Source of the DNA: an uncultured Actinomycetes bacterium
GTDB taxonomy: Bacteria; Actinomycetota; Thermoleophilia; Gaiellales; Gaiellaceae
DNA: 64,000 bases
Direction of reading: 5' to 3'
NCBI GenBank assembly: GCA_963827725.1
Contig: CAWHBM010000003.1
Location: 173,087-237,086 of the forward strand
The notes below the pieces were generated by a model that was given only the letters and a program-made list of their open reading frames with translations, had not been told where the DNA came from and did not search any database. Below, piece after piece: positions 29,359 to 38,749 of this stretch. Each line of letters opens with the position of its first letter. The first letter of the stretch is position 1. The translations under genes and the position numbers were made by a program.

Positions 29359-29853
29359 TTAACGAACCCGCTGGCGATGAGCTTCGAGCGCGCGATCGAC
29401 GGGCTCCGGCCCGGCTACCTCTTTCGCGCGCGAGACGAGGGTCTCCGGGTCGTCGGTCTCCTTGAGAACCCCTTTGCCGAGCAGGGCAACGCTCGCCGCC
29501 CAGGCCGGCCCGTCCTCGCTCGATCCCTCGGCACGCAGCTGGGCGCAGAGCGAGATCAGCTCCCCCATGTCCGCGACTGCCTCCACCGATCCCGCCTTCG
29601 CGAGGCGCACGAGCCCGTGCGCATAGAGGTAGTCGCCGAGAAGGAGGATCGTGTCGTGGTCGCCGGACGTGAACAGGCGAGGGCGGCCGTAGTGGACGAG
29701 GTACCCCTCGTAGATGGTCTCTACGGCGAGCGCGAAACGAGACTCTGCCAGCGTCGAGAAGACCAATTCTCGGTCGCGTGCCCCCCGGGGCCGGAGCGCT
29801 TCCCGCCAGAGCGAGCCCTCGCGCTCGGCGTCGAGCGCGATCTCCTGCCACAG
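29359..29853 (-). CDS. hypothetical protein (start uncertain; CTG 29853 or TTG 29766)
   Basis: High GC3 coding signal begins directly after the hemL stop. There is no ATG or GTG in frame near it. I recognise no family. Confidence 0.4.
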   Translation of the reverse strand: MWQEIALDAEREGSLWREALRPRGARDRELVFSTLAESRFALAVETIYEGYLVHYGRPRLFTSGDHDTILLLGDYLYAHGLVRLAKAGSVEAVADMGELISLCAQLRAEGSSEDGPAWAASVALLGKGVLKETDDPETLVSRAKEVAGPEPVDRALEAHRQRVR

Positions 29854-29854
29854 G

Positions 29855-31114
29855 TCAAGTGGCTGCGAAGAACTCAGCGGCGGCCTCCACCGTCCGGTCG
29901 ATCTCCTCGTCGCCATGAGCAAGGGAGACGAACATCGCCTCGAACTGCGAAGGCGGCACATAGATGCCCCGCTCGAGCATGTGCCGGAAGTACTCGCTGT
30001 AACGGGCCGTGTCGCACGCCGAGGCCTGTGCAAAGTCCGTGACAGGGACTGTCCCTGTAAAGAGGGTGGCCATCGCGCCGACTCGCTGGAACGTGCCAAG
30101 GCTGCTGAGGCCGGCCTCCAGGCGCGCTGCCTTGCGCTCGAGCTCCTCGTAGACGGCCGGATCGCGCAGGCGGCGGAGGACGGAGATGCCCGCGGCCGTT
30201 GCGAGCGGGTTCCCGGAGAGAGTTCCCGCCTGGTAGACCTCGCCGACGGGCGCGAGGTGACGCATGAGCTCCGCGGAACCGCCGAAGGCGCCGACCGGCA
30301 ACCCGCCGCCGATGATCTTCCCGAGGATCGTGAGGTCCGGCGTGACGCCCAGGCGCTCCTGCGCGCCCCCGCGCGCGATCCGGAACCCGGTGATCACCTC
30401 GTCGAACACGAGCAGCGCGCCCGAGGCATCGCAGAGCTCACGAAGCGCCTCGAGGAAGCCCGGTGCCGGCGGGACGACGCCCATGTTCCCGGCGACCGGC
30501 TCGACGATCACGCAGGCCAGCCCCTCGCCGTAGCGCGCGACGGCAAGGGCCGCCTCCTCGATGTCGTTGTAAGGAGCGACGATCGTGTCCGCCGTTGCAC
30601 CGGAGGGGACTCCGGCGGTTGCGGGCACACCGAGCGTCGCCGGGCCGGAGCCCGCCTCGGCGAGCAGCGCATCGGCGTGGCCGTGGTAGCAGCCGGCGAA
30701 CTTGAGGATCCGGTCGCGCCTCGTCGCTCCCCGCGCGAGCCGGACGGCGCTCATCGCCGCCTCGGTCCCCGAGCTGACGAGCCGCACCTGCTCGATCGAG
30801 GGGAACGCGTCGACGATCTCGGCCGCGAGCTCCACCTCCCGCTCGGTCGTCGCGCCGAAGGTCGTCCCCTCGTCGGCCGTCTGCTGAACCGCCTCGACCG
30901 TCTCCCGGTCCGCATGGCCGAAGACGAGCGGGCCGAACGACATCACCCAGTCGACGTAGCGCTCGCCGCCGGCCGTCGTCACGTACGCGCCCTTCCCCTT
31001 GCGCACGAAGAGCGGCTCGTCGAGCCCCACCGCCTTCATCGCGCGCACCGGCGAGTTGACGCCGCCCGGGATCAGGCGCTCGGCCTCCCGTGCAAGCTCG
31101 GACTTGGACTTCAG
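29855..31114 (-). CDS. hemL: glutamate-1-semialdehyde 2,1-aminomutase
   Basis: [25 protein letters not shown]-terminus and the FDEVITGFR motif. The only initiation candidate at the conserved N-terminus is CTG 31114, which forms a CTGA overlap with the hemB stop. Confidence 0.85.
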   Translation of the reverse strand: MKSKSELAREAERLIPGGVNSPVRAMKAVGLDEPLFVRKGKGAYVTTAGGERYVDWVMSFGPLVFGHADRETVEAVQQTADEGTTFGATTEREVELAAEIVDAFPSIEQVRLVSSGTEAAMSAVRLARGATRRDRILKFAGCYHGHADALLAEAGSGPATLGVPATAGVPSGATADTIVAPYNDIEEAALAVARYGEGLACVIVEPVAGNMGVVPPAPGFLEALRELCDASGALLVFDEVITGFRIARGGAQERLGVTPDLTILGKIIGGGLPVGAFGGSAELMRHLAPVGEVYQAGTLSGNPLATAAGISVLRRLRDPAVYEELERKAARLEAGLSSLGTFQRVGAMATLFTGTVPVTDFAQASACDTARYSEYFRHMLERGIYVPPSQFEAMFVSLAHGDEEIDRTVEAAAEFFAAT

Positions 31115-32074
31115 AGCCAGGCGGCGAGCTCCTTGGCCCAGTAGCTGACGACGAAGTCGGCGCCTGCGCGCTTGACGGCCGTCAGACGACTCGATCGCCG
31201 CCTGGCGCTCGTCGAGCCAGCCGCGCGCCGCGGCGGCCTTCACCATGGCGTACTCGCCGGAGACGTTGTACGCGGCAACCGGCAGGTCGAAGCGCTCGCG
31301 GACGGCACGGATCACGTCGAGATTCGGGAGCGCCGGCTTGACGATCAGCGCGTCGGCGCCCTCCGCGACGTCGAGCTCGCACTCGCGCAACGCCTCCCGC
31401 ACGTTCGCGGGATCCATCTGGTAGCCGCGGCGATCGCCGAACGAAGGCGTCGACTCGGCCGCCTCGCGGAAGGGCCCGTAGAAGGCCGAGGCATATTTCG
31501 CCGCGTACGAGACGATCGCTGTCTCGGCAAACCCGCCCTCGTCGAGCGCTGCGCGGAGAGAAGCGACGCGCCCGTCCATCATGTCGCTCGGCGCGACCAC
31601 GTCCGCGCCGGCCTCGACATGGCTGACCGCGGTGCGGCCGAGCAGCTCCAGCGTCGCGTCGTTTGCCACCTCGCCGTTCTCGATCAGGCCGCAATGGCCG
31701 TGCGAGGTGTACTCGCAGAGACAGACATCCGTGATCAGCACGAGATCCGGATAGCGCTCACGCAGCGACCGCAGAGCCCGCTGGACGATCCCGTCCGACG
31801 CGTACGCGCCCGAGCCCTCGTCGTCCTTCTCCTCGGGGATCCCGAAGAGGATGACGGCGGAGAGCCCTAGCCCCAGCAGCTCCTCGGCCTCCCGCGAGAG
31901 GTCGTCCACCGAGAAGCGCCCGAGCGCGGGCAGCTCCTCGTTCGCCTTCGTGTCGGGGCCGACGAAGAGCGGATAGACGAAATCGTCGAGGTCGAGCTTC
32001 GTCTCGCGCACGAGCGAGCGAAGCGCACCGGTGCGGCGCAGCCTGCGCAATCGCGTTGTCGGAAACGCACTCAC
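31111..32074 (-). pseudogene. hemB: porphobilinogen synthase (delta-aminolevulinate dehydratase), apparent +1 frameshift near 31185
   Basis: RLRR...[21 protein letters not shown] and [11 protein letters not shown] motifs. After ...DERQAAIES the restored frame reads [27 protein letters not shown](31111). As given, the sequence reads through in frame into hemL, which produces the 739-aa track ORF. Confidence 0.85.
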
Positions 32075-33294
32075 GGGGCCACCTTAGCCTCGGGGGGTTC
32101 CTCCGGCGGCACGGGCTTGATCGGGCGCGTCTCTTCGATATCGACCTCGACAGGCACCACTCCGCCCTTCCAGTCCTCGAGCTCGACGCGCTCGCTGAAG
32201 AACTCGTACCCGGAACGCATCACGGCGAGCAGCGGCAGCGCGACGAAGATCCCAGCCAGCCCGTAGAGCTCTGCTCCGGCGAGCAGGCCGAAGATGACCA
32301 TCAGCGGGTGGAGCCGCAACGCGCTTCCCATCACCTTCGGAACGACGATGTGCCCTTCGATCTGGTGGATCCCCAGGAAGAGCAGGAACACCCAAAGCGC
32401 GGAGAGCGGGTCGACGGCGAGGGCATAGATGACGGGCAACGCCCCGCCGAGCCAGGGACCCAGGTAGGGAATGAGCTCGGTGAAGGCAACCCAGGCGCCG
32501 AACAGCACGGCGTACGTGTCCGCACCCGGCACCAAGCCGAGCGTGCCGAGCAACCAGAGCCCGACACCCGCGCTCGTACCGATGATCGCCGACAGCAGGA
32601 ACTGACCGCGCACGTAGCCCGCGACCGCATGCTCCATCCGGATGACGAGCCCGGAGCTGCCGGGCCTCGGCGGGAAGCGCCGGTCGGCCGCCCTTTTGAG
32701 GCGGCCCATGTCGAGGAGCATGTAGATCGAGACGACGATGATCAGCACCACGCTGAAGACGAGCTGGAAGATCGAGATCGCGGCGCCGCTGACGAAGTCG
32801 ATCGCCGTCGATGTGTACTTCTCCACATCCTGGCCCTTGATGTTGGCCGCGAAGTCCTGGCCCTGCTCGCGGATGTCGACCCGCTCGAGGTTGTGTGTGT
32901 CGAGCCAACTCTGTAGGCGATCGACGTCCTGCTCGAAGCCGGTCTGCGAGCTCTGTCCGTCCTCCTTCGTAAGGTAGGAGTCGATCCTGTTCGCCGCCGA
33001 CTGCGTCTGGTCGCTGACGATCACGCCGATGGCGATGGCGACAACCGCCAGAGCAGCGGCAAAGCTGAGGTAGACGATCGCAATAGAGAAACCGCGCGGA
33101 ATCCGGAGCCGTTCGAGGGCGCGCACCAGCGGGTCGAGCAGCAGCGCGATCAACCCCGCCACGACGAACAGGAAGACCGCGTGAAAGACCTTCCCCGCGA
33201 GCAGGATCGCGATCAGCGCGAGCACGGGAAGGCCGACCAGCTGAATCCAGCGCGGGATCTGAATCGTCGGCGTCCCGCCGGACATGGAGGCCAT
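32071..33294 (-). CDS. AI-2E family (PerM/UPF0118) transporter
   Basis: 407 aa, multi-TM, typical PerM-like topology and length. Confidence 0.7.
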   Translation of the reverse strand: MASMSGGTPTIQIPRWIQLVGLPVLALIAILLAGKVFHAVFLFVVAGLIALLLDPLVRALERLRIPRGFSIAIVYLSFAAALAVVAIAIGVIVSDQTQSAANRIDSYLTKEDGQSSQTGFEQDVDRLQSWLDTHNLERVDIREQGQDFAANIKGQDVEKYTSTAIDFVSGAAISIFQLVFSVVLIIVVSIYMLLDMGRLKRAADRRFPPRPGSSGLVIRMEHAVAGYVRGQFLLSAIIGTSAGVGLWLLGTLGLVPGADTYAVLFGAWVAFTELIPYLGPWLGGALPVIYALAVDPLSALWVFLLFLGIHQIEGHIVVPKVMGSALRLHPLMVIFGLLAGAELYGLAGIFVALPLLAVMRSGYEFFSERVELEDWKGGVVPVEVDIEETRPIKPVPPEEPPEAKVAP

Positions 33295-33447
33295 CGTACC
33301 GCGCAGGTCGTGTCGCTCAGGCCACCCGCGTGGGATTGGTCAGCCTTCGAGGACGGTGCGCTTGCTCTCGACCCTTACGAGCTGTGGGAGGAAACGGAGC
33401 CGTCTCCGCGGCTCGCCCTCCTGCGCGGGCGCGCGGAGGGTGCGGCG

Positions 33448-34263
33448 ATGCAAGATGCGGACACATCGGTTACGGTGCCGACCATGCCCCCGCCCCGGAC
33501 CCCAGGGCAGGCGCGCCGCACGTCCAAGGCTCGAGCCGCCGCGAGACGAAGAGCCCGGCGAATTGCCGGTCTGACGGCCGTTTCCATCGCTGTCGTCGTT
33601 ACGTTTGCCCTCACCGCCTTCGGCTCAGGCTCGCCTGCGCAAACCCAGACCCGGCCCGCGCCGGCCAACCGGCTCCTGCCGGCCGGCCAGCCGCGGCTTC
33701 AGGCCGTTGCGCTGTACGGCGCTCTCCGGCTGCAGTTGCCGATCGAGCAGAGCCGCGTGACGGCGATCGGGTACCACGCGGTCGGCGGCGGCGCGCTCGC
33801 GCTCGAACCGGTCGGGCGCCAGGCAAACGAGGGGATCCTCACGCGGGTCGCGCGGAAGCTCTTCGGCGGAGGCACGAACGGACTGACGTACTACTTGCTC
33901 GGAGGCGATGAAGGCCCGAGCACGGCGGCGCTCGACGTGGGCGCGGCCCCCGGCACCGACGTCTACTCGCCGGTGGACGGGACGGTCGTCGGCATCACTC
34001 CGTTGATGCTGCGGGGCAAGGTGTTCGGAGCCCGCATCGACATCCAGCCGATGAACGAGCCCGCGCTCGTCGTCCGGCTGACCCACCTGCGTCCGGACCC
34101 CTCGCTGACGGTTGGCTCCTCAGTCGGGGAGGCGATCTCGAAGGTCGGCACGGTGATCGACTTCTCCCAGGTCGAGCGGCAGGCGCTCGCGCGCTATACG
34201 CAGGACGCGGGCAACCACGTCTCGGTCTCGCTGGCTCGCCCCGCAACACTCGCCATCCCCTGA
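33448..34263 (+). CDS. membrane-anchored protein with LytM/M23-like C-terminal domain (catalytic motifs not evident)
   Basis: One TM helix (IAGLTAVSIAVVVTFALTAF) and a DVYSPVDGTVVGI beta-barrel-like segment. An alternative start is GTG 33310. Confidence 0.4.
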   Translation: MQDADTSVTVPTMPPPRTPGQARRTSKARAAARRRARRIAGLTAVSIAVVVTFALTAFGSGSPAQTQTRPAPANRLLPAGQPRLQAVALYGALRLQLPIEQSRVTAIGYHAVGGGALALEPVGRQANEGILTRVARKLFGGGTNGLTYYLLGGDEGPSTAALDVGAAPGTDVYSPVDGTVVGITPLMLRGKVFGARIDIQPMNEPALVVRLTHLRPDPSLTVGSSVGEAISKVGTVIDFSQVERQALARYTQDAGNHVSVSLARPATLAIP

Positions 34264-35039
34264 GAATCCTCTTCGTCGCCGACGTCAACGGTCATCCGGG
34301 CCGCCGCGCGGTCGAGGAGCGTCTGCCGTCTCTGCGCGAAGAGCTGGACATCGACTTCTGCGTCGCCAACGGCGAGAACGTCGCGGACGGGGTCGGCATC
34401 ACGCCGAAGCTCGCGGACGTGCTCCTCGCTTCCGGCGTGGACGTGCTCACACTCGGCAATCACACGTGGCGGCGGCGCGAGATCGTCCCCTACCTCTCGG
34501 GGAGCGAGCGGCTGATCCGGCCCGCGAACCTCTCGGCCCAGGCGCCCGGGCGCGGCATGACCGTCGCCACCGCCCGGGACGACACTCCGGTCGCGGTGAT
34601 CAACCTGCTCGGCGATCTCTTCATGCAGCCCGCCGTGGCACCGTTCGAGGTGATCGACGAGCTCGTCGAGGACGCGCGCCGCGAGACGCCGGTCGTGCTC
34701 GTCGACTTCCACGGCGAGGCAACGAGCGAGAAGGTGGCGATGGCCCACTATCTCGACGGCCGGGTGACCGCCGTCTTCGGCACGCACACGCACGTCCAGA
34801 CAAGCGACGCGCGGGTGCAGCCCGGAGGGACGGCTGCGATCACGGACGCGGGCATGACCGGCCCTCACGACTCCGTGATCGGCGTCAAGGCCGAGCAGGC
34901 GATCCAGCGGATGCGGACCGGGATGCCGGTCAGGTTCGAGACGGCCGAGGGCGGCATCCGCCTGGAGGGTGCGATCGTCGAGTGCGACGCCTCAGGCCGC
35001 GCGACGAGCTGCGAGGCCGTTCGCGTCTCGGTGACGTAG
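34260..35039 (+). CDS. ymdB: YmdB-family metallophosphoesterase (2',3'-cyclic-nucleotide phosphodiesterase-like)
   Basis: The conserved N-terminus (L)RILFVADVNGHPGRRAV...ANGENVADGVGIT is in frame with the track ORF (34419..). It has no ATG/GTG/TTG, so CTG 34260 (CTGA overlap with the upstream stop) is the only candidate. 259 aa fits the family length. Confidence 0.8.
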   Translation: MRILFVADVNGHPGRRAVEERLPSLREELDIDFCVANGENVADGVGITPKLADVLLASGVDVLTLGNHTWRRREIVPYLSGSERLIRPANLSAQAPGRGMTVATARDDTPVAVINLLGDLFMQPAVAPFEVIDELVEDARRETPVVLVDFHGEATSEKVAMAHYLDGRVTAVFGTHTHVQTSDARVQPGGTAAITDAGMTGPHDSVIGVKAEQAIQRMRTGMPVRFETAEGGIRLEGAIVECDASGRATSCEAVRVSVT

Positions 35040-36272
35040 AGGGAGCGCCAAAACGAGCAGGAGCGCGATCAGCACGAGGTCGCGCACGAGCACGAGCCAG
35101 GACTGGAGCGCTCCGAAGTGGAGTGCGAGCTCCCAGTAGCGGTACGGGAACCAGAGCTGCGTGAGGACGAGCGCGGCGCCGAGCAGCACCGACGCATTGA
35201 GGCCGCGCCGGCCACGGACGAGCGGAACAACCGGGATCAGCCAGATCAGGAACTGCGGCGAGAGGACTTTGCCGAGCGCGATGAAGGCGACGAGCGCGGC
35301 CCCGCTCGCCAGGATGAGCCGGTCGCGCCGAGCCGGGCCCCGGGCGAACAGGACCCAGACGGTGACGAGCGCGGCGACCTGTAGGACGGACTGCGCGGCG
35401 GCGAGCACGTCAGGCGCCGATCCGACGAGGTTCTGAGAGCCGTGGCTCGATTCCATCGTGATCCCGGTCCCGAACACCTGATGCGCAACCAGCAGGAAGC
35501 CGGCGCCGAGGCTCTCGATCTGCAGCGGGCGCAACGCCTGATCCCAGAGGCTGTGCCAGAGACCGCCCGGCGCGAGCACGAGAAACGGCACGAACGCGAG
35601 CGCGGCCGTCGCCGCCAGGGCGGCGGCACAGATGAGCGCCTCGCGTCTGCCCTTGCGCCGCCAGACGTAGGCGACCGCGATCGGAACGAGCACGACCGGG
35701 TAGAGCTTCGCCGCGACCGCGGCCCCGAGCGCGACGTGCCCGAGGCGTAGCCGCCCCGTGATCAGCGCTGCAAGCGCAGCCACAGTCAGCGCTGCGGGCC
35801 ACAGGTCGAAGCGCGAGACAACGACCGGGCCGAGCGCGAGCGGAGCCAGCGCGACGAAGCCGAGCGCTCCCACGAGCCACGTCCTGCCGGCCCCGAGCGA
35901 GACGAGCGCGATCGCGACACAGACGATGATCGCCTCGCCGAAGAAGGCCATCAGCGCCTCGAAACGCACGCGGAACGTCTCGGAGCCCACGTCGCCGAGC
36001 GCGGGCACCGCGAAGACCGGAAGCGCACCGGGCGGGTACTCCACCTTGAAGTCGCGGTAGGGCAGCTTGCCGTCGTCCATCGCCGACCCGTATCGCTCGT
36101 AGACCGGCGTGTCGACGATCAGGTGACTCGTGAAGTACCCGCGGTGCAGCACGCCCCAGACGACGAGAAAGAGGACGAGCGCAGCGAGCGTCGCCGCCAG
36201 GGCGAACGCGCTATCAGCGGGCGGGGAGGACGAGCTCTGACTCTGGGGCTTCGCTGTCACCGGGAGGAGCAT
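34992..36272 (-). CDS. DUF2029/GT87-like integral membrane glycosyl(mannosyl)transferase
   Basis: 426 aa, more than 9 TM helices, YRDFKVEYPPGALP loop motif typical of GT87/DUF2029. Confidence 0.6.
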   Translation of the reverse strand: MLLPVTAKPQSQSSSSPPADSAFALAATLAALVLFLVVWGVLHRGYFTSHLIVDTPVYERYGSAMDDGKLPYRDFKVEYPPGALPVFAVPALGDVGSETFRVRFEALMAFFGEAIIVCVAIALVSLGAGRTWLVGALGFVALAPLALGPVVVSRFDLWPAALTVAALAALITGRLRLGHVALGAAVAAKLYPVVLVPIAVAYVWRRKGRREALICAAALAATAALAFVPFLVLAPGGLWHSLWDQALRPLQIESLGAGFLLVAHQVFGTGITMESSHGSQNLVGSAPDVLAAAQSVLQVAALVTVWVLFARGPARRDRLILASGAALVAFIALGKVLSPQFLIWLIPVVPLVRGRRGLNASVLLGAALVLTQLWFPYRYWELALHFGALQSWLVLVRDLVLIALLLVLALPLRHRDANGLAARRAA

Positions 36273-37998
36273 GACGCCGTCGCCGTGGAGCCAGCACGAC
36301 GAACGCGACGAACGGGAAGAACCACGGGATGTAGAGGTAGAACCAGTGGGTGAGCGCGAGCTCGAAGCCGATCAGGAGCGCGGCGGTGAGCGCCGCGAGC
36401 TGGAGCGGCGTCTTGCGCCGCGGCACGAAGTAGCAGGCGACAGCGCCGACCGCGAGCAGGCCGAGGAAGACCTGCTGGGCAAAACCGAGGTCCGGGATCC
36501 CCTCGGCGTGGTACTGGCCCCACCCCCAGATCGAGAAGGGCGAATCGCGGCCCACCTGCCAGCCGAACGTGCGATCCCAGAAGACCCTGGCCGCGTGCGC
36601 GGGATTCGGCTCGAGCAGGAGGATCCAGAAGGCGGCGAGTGTGGCCGCGACAAAACCCCCTGCAAACGCGATCTTTCCGGAGAAACGGCGTCCCTCGGGA
36701 TAGCCGGCCCACAGCGGCACCAGGAGGAGCGCGGCGAACTTCGTCCAGCCGGCGAGCGCGACAAACGCGCCGCGCGCGAAATCAGACGTGACGAGCCAGA
36801 AGCCGAAGATGAGCAGCACGGGCATGATCGTGTCGTTCGTGTTCGAACTGGACACGTACTGCGTGAACGGATACGCAGCCCAGGCGAACGGGAGCATGAC
36901 AGCGAGCCGCATGCCCCCGAACCGCCGGCCGAGCAGCATCAAGCCGAGGAGCGCCAGCAGGTCGAACGCGATCGCGGTCGCGTGCGCCGCCGGCAACTCG
37001 TCCCAGCGGCCGCTCCATCCGAGCACGGCCCACGCAGGCACGTATGCCTCGTACGCGACCGGCCCGTACGTATCGCCGCGCTCGTTCGCCGACTCGCAGC
37101 GCCCGTTCGTCTGAACCCGCTCGCGGATCTCCCCGTCGGCGTCCTCCGGGCCGCACGCCTTCAGCTTCCCTTGCGCGGGCATGTGGCCGTACGGCGACTC
37201 TCCGTGGGCGATCCGGTGCGCGCCGATCACGCCCGAGTAGCCGACGTCGATCACGTTGGAGTCGCGCACGTTGAGCCCGACGCGAAACCCGGTGAGGAAG
37301 ACCGCCGCAGCGGCGACGAGCCACAGCGGCCAGACCGATCGCGACGCGCCAGGCCCGCCTCGCCACGCGCACCAGACCATGCGACCGAACAGGTACAGAA
37401 GCGGCGGATAGACGAGCGGGACGCTCGTGAAGATGTCGCCGCGGTTGAAGAACCAGAGCGAGGCCGAGAACGAGAGCAAGACGAGGAGGTCGAGGTTCCG
37501 CAGGCTGAGCGGGCGCCTGAGATCGGCGAGGCCGAGCAGGAAGATGACGCAGAACGCAAGCCAGATGGCGACGTTGTTGATCTGCTGGCCGCCGAATGCG
37601 CCGCTGTAACCGCGGGCCATCTTCCAGGCGACCTGCGGCCCGGTCCACGCTTCGGTGACGGCGCCGGAGCCGTCGTCCACCCGGCCGACGGCGATCTGGC
37701 CGGCCGAGCCCCACCAGACCCCGAGCTTCCAGTCCCCGCGCTCCTTGTCGTAGGTCGCGTCCGTGACGCGGTCGCGCTGCGGGTAGCGGTCGAGCCAGTC
37801 GGCAACCTTGTCGTTGCGGAGAAAGATCGCCGTCGCGCGCTTCTCGGTCAGGCGCGCGCGATCCGCAACGGGGGCAAACGGAGCCTGGACGAGACGGCCC
37901 TTCGAGTCGTAGACAGGCCTGGTCGGAGTCGTCGTCGAGGCGTGCGCCGCCGGGGCGAGCACAGCCGCGGCGAGCAGGGCGAGGGCGACCCGCCTCAC
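36214..37998 (-). CDS. GT-C-fold integral membrane glycosyltransferase with N-terminal extracytoplasmic domain
   Basis: 594 aa with a signal/anchor sequence, a roughly 120-aa soluble domain and then more than 10 TM helices. It sits between GtrA and the GT87-like gene. Confidence 0.5.
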   Translation of the reverse strand: MRRVALALLAAAVLAPAAHASTTTPTRPVYDSKGRLVQAPFAPVADRARLTEKRATAIFLRNDKVADWLDRYPQRDRVTDATYDKERGDWKLGVWWGSAGQIAVGRVDDGSGAVTEAWTGPQVAWKMARGYSGAFGGQQINNVAIWLAFCVIFLLGLADLRRPLSLRNLDLLVLLSFSASLWFFNRGDIFTSVPLVYPPLLYLFGRMVWCAWRGGPGASRSVWPLWLVAAAAVFLTGFRVGLNVRDSNVIDVGYSGVIGAHRIAHGESPYGHMPAQGKLKACGPEDADGEIRERVQTNGRCESANERGDTYGPVAYEAYVPAWAVLGWSGRWDELPAAHATAIAFDLLALLGLMLLGRRFGGMRLAVMLPFAWAAYPFTQYVSSSNTNDTIMPVLLIFGFWLVTSDFARGAFVALAGWTKFAALLLVPLWAGYPEGRRFSGKIAFAGGFVAATLAAFWILLLEPNPAHAARVFWDRTFGWQVGRDSPFSIWGWGQYHAEGIPDLGFAQQVFLGLLAVGAVACYFVPRRKTPLQLAALTAALLIGFELALTHWFYLYIPWFFPFVAFVVLAPRRRRHAPPGDSEAPESELVLPAR

Positions 37999-38005
37999 GC
38001 CAACC

Positions 38006-38446
38006 TCAGCCGCGCCTGAAAGACCAGAGCTTGTTGCCCACGAAGTTGATGGGCGTCACGAGCACGACTGCGATCGCCTGCGCCACGACCTTCCCCACGC
38101 CGGCGGCGACGAACGCGGTCAGGAGCACCTCGTTCGCGGCGAGCGCGATCAGCGAGACGACGAAGAAGCGGAGGCCCTGGTAGCCGACATGTCCGCGCTC
38201 GCCCCGGAACGTCCAGAGTCTGTTCCACGTGTAGTTGTTCGTGACCGCGACGAGGAAGGAGCACGCCGCCGCGAGGTTGTAGTGCATGCCGGACCCGACC
38301 AGCGCCGAGTAGACGGCGAGGTTGACGGCGTATCCGACCGCGCCCACGGTGCAGAACTTCGCGAGCTGGACCCAGTTGCGAGACCTGCGCAGAGCGCTGG
38401 ATGCGCGGGCCCTCGCCGCGGCCATCGTCGAGGCTTCGTCGGTCAC
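38006..38446 (-). CDS. GtrA-family protein
   Basis: 146 aa, 4 TM. Motifs KFCTVGAVGYAVN and NFVGNKLWSF. Confidence 0.8.
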   Translation of the reverse strand: MTDEASTMAAARARASSALRRSRNWVQLAKFCTVGAVGYAVNLAVYSALVGSGMHYNLAAACSFLVAVTNNYTWNRLWTFRGERGHVGYQGLRFFVVSLIALAANEVLLTAFVAAGVGKVVAQAIAVVLVTPINFVGNKLWSFRRG

Positions 38447-38482
38447 GACGGGCGAGCGTAGCAGCGGGCTGGCAGCACTCCG

Positions 38483-38749
38483 TCAGGCGATCGAGAAGCC
38501 GTCTGCGCCCTCCGGCTCGACCCAGGCCACCTCGACCTCGTCGACCCGGGCACCGGCCGGTCCGCGCCGGCACCAGTCGACCATCGACTCCACCCGTTCG
38601 GCGTCGCCCTCGAACGCTGCCTCGACGGTTCCATTCCGGGCATTGCGGACCCAGCCTGCCAGCCCCAGCGAGCGGGCCCTGTCACGCGCCTCGACGCGAA
38701 AGAACACGCCTTGCACGGAGCCATGGACGACAACCGTCGCGCGCTTCAC
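38483..38749 (-). CDS. acyP: acylphosphatase
   Basis: VHGSVQGVFFR and GWVRNARNGTVE motifs. GTG 38749 forms a GTGA overlap with the pcm stop. Confidence 0.85.
   Translation of the reverse strand: MKRATVVVHGSVQGVFFRVEARDRARSLGLAGWVRNARNGTVEAAFEGDAERVESMVDWCRRGPAGARVDEVEVAWVEPEGADGFSIA

Noticed and set aside
29855-32074. 739-aa track ORF that looks like a natural HemB-HemL fusion enzyme
   Set aside because: Removing one base near 31185 restores the canonical HemB C-terminus ([24 protein letters not shown]-stop). The linker in the fused reading ([24 protein letters not shown]) is Arg-rich out-of-frame sequence. I treat it as a frameshift artefact.
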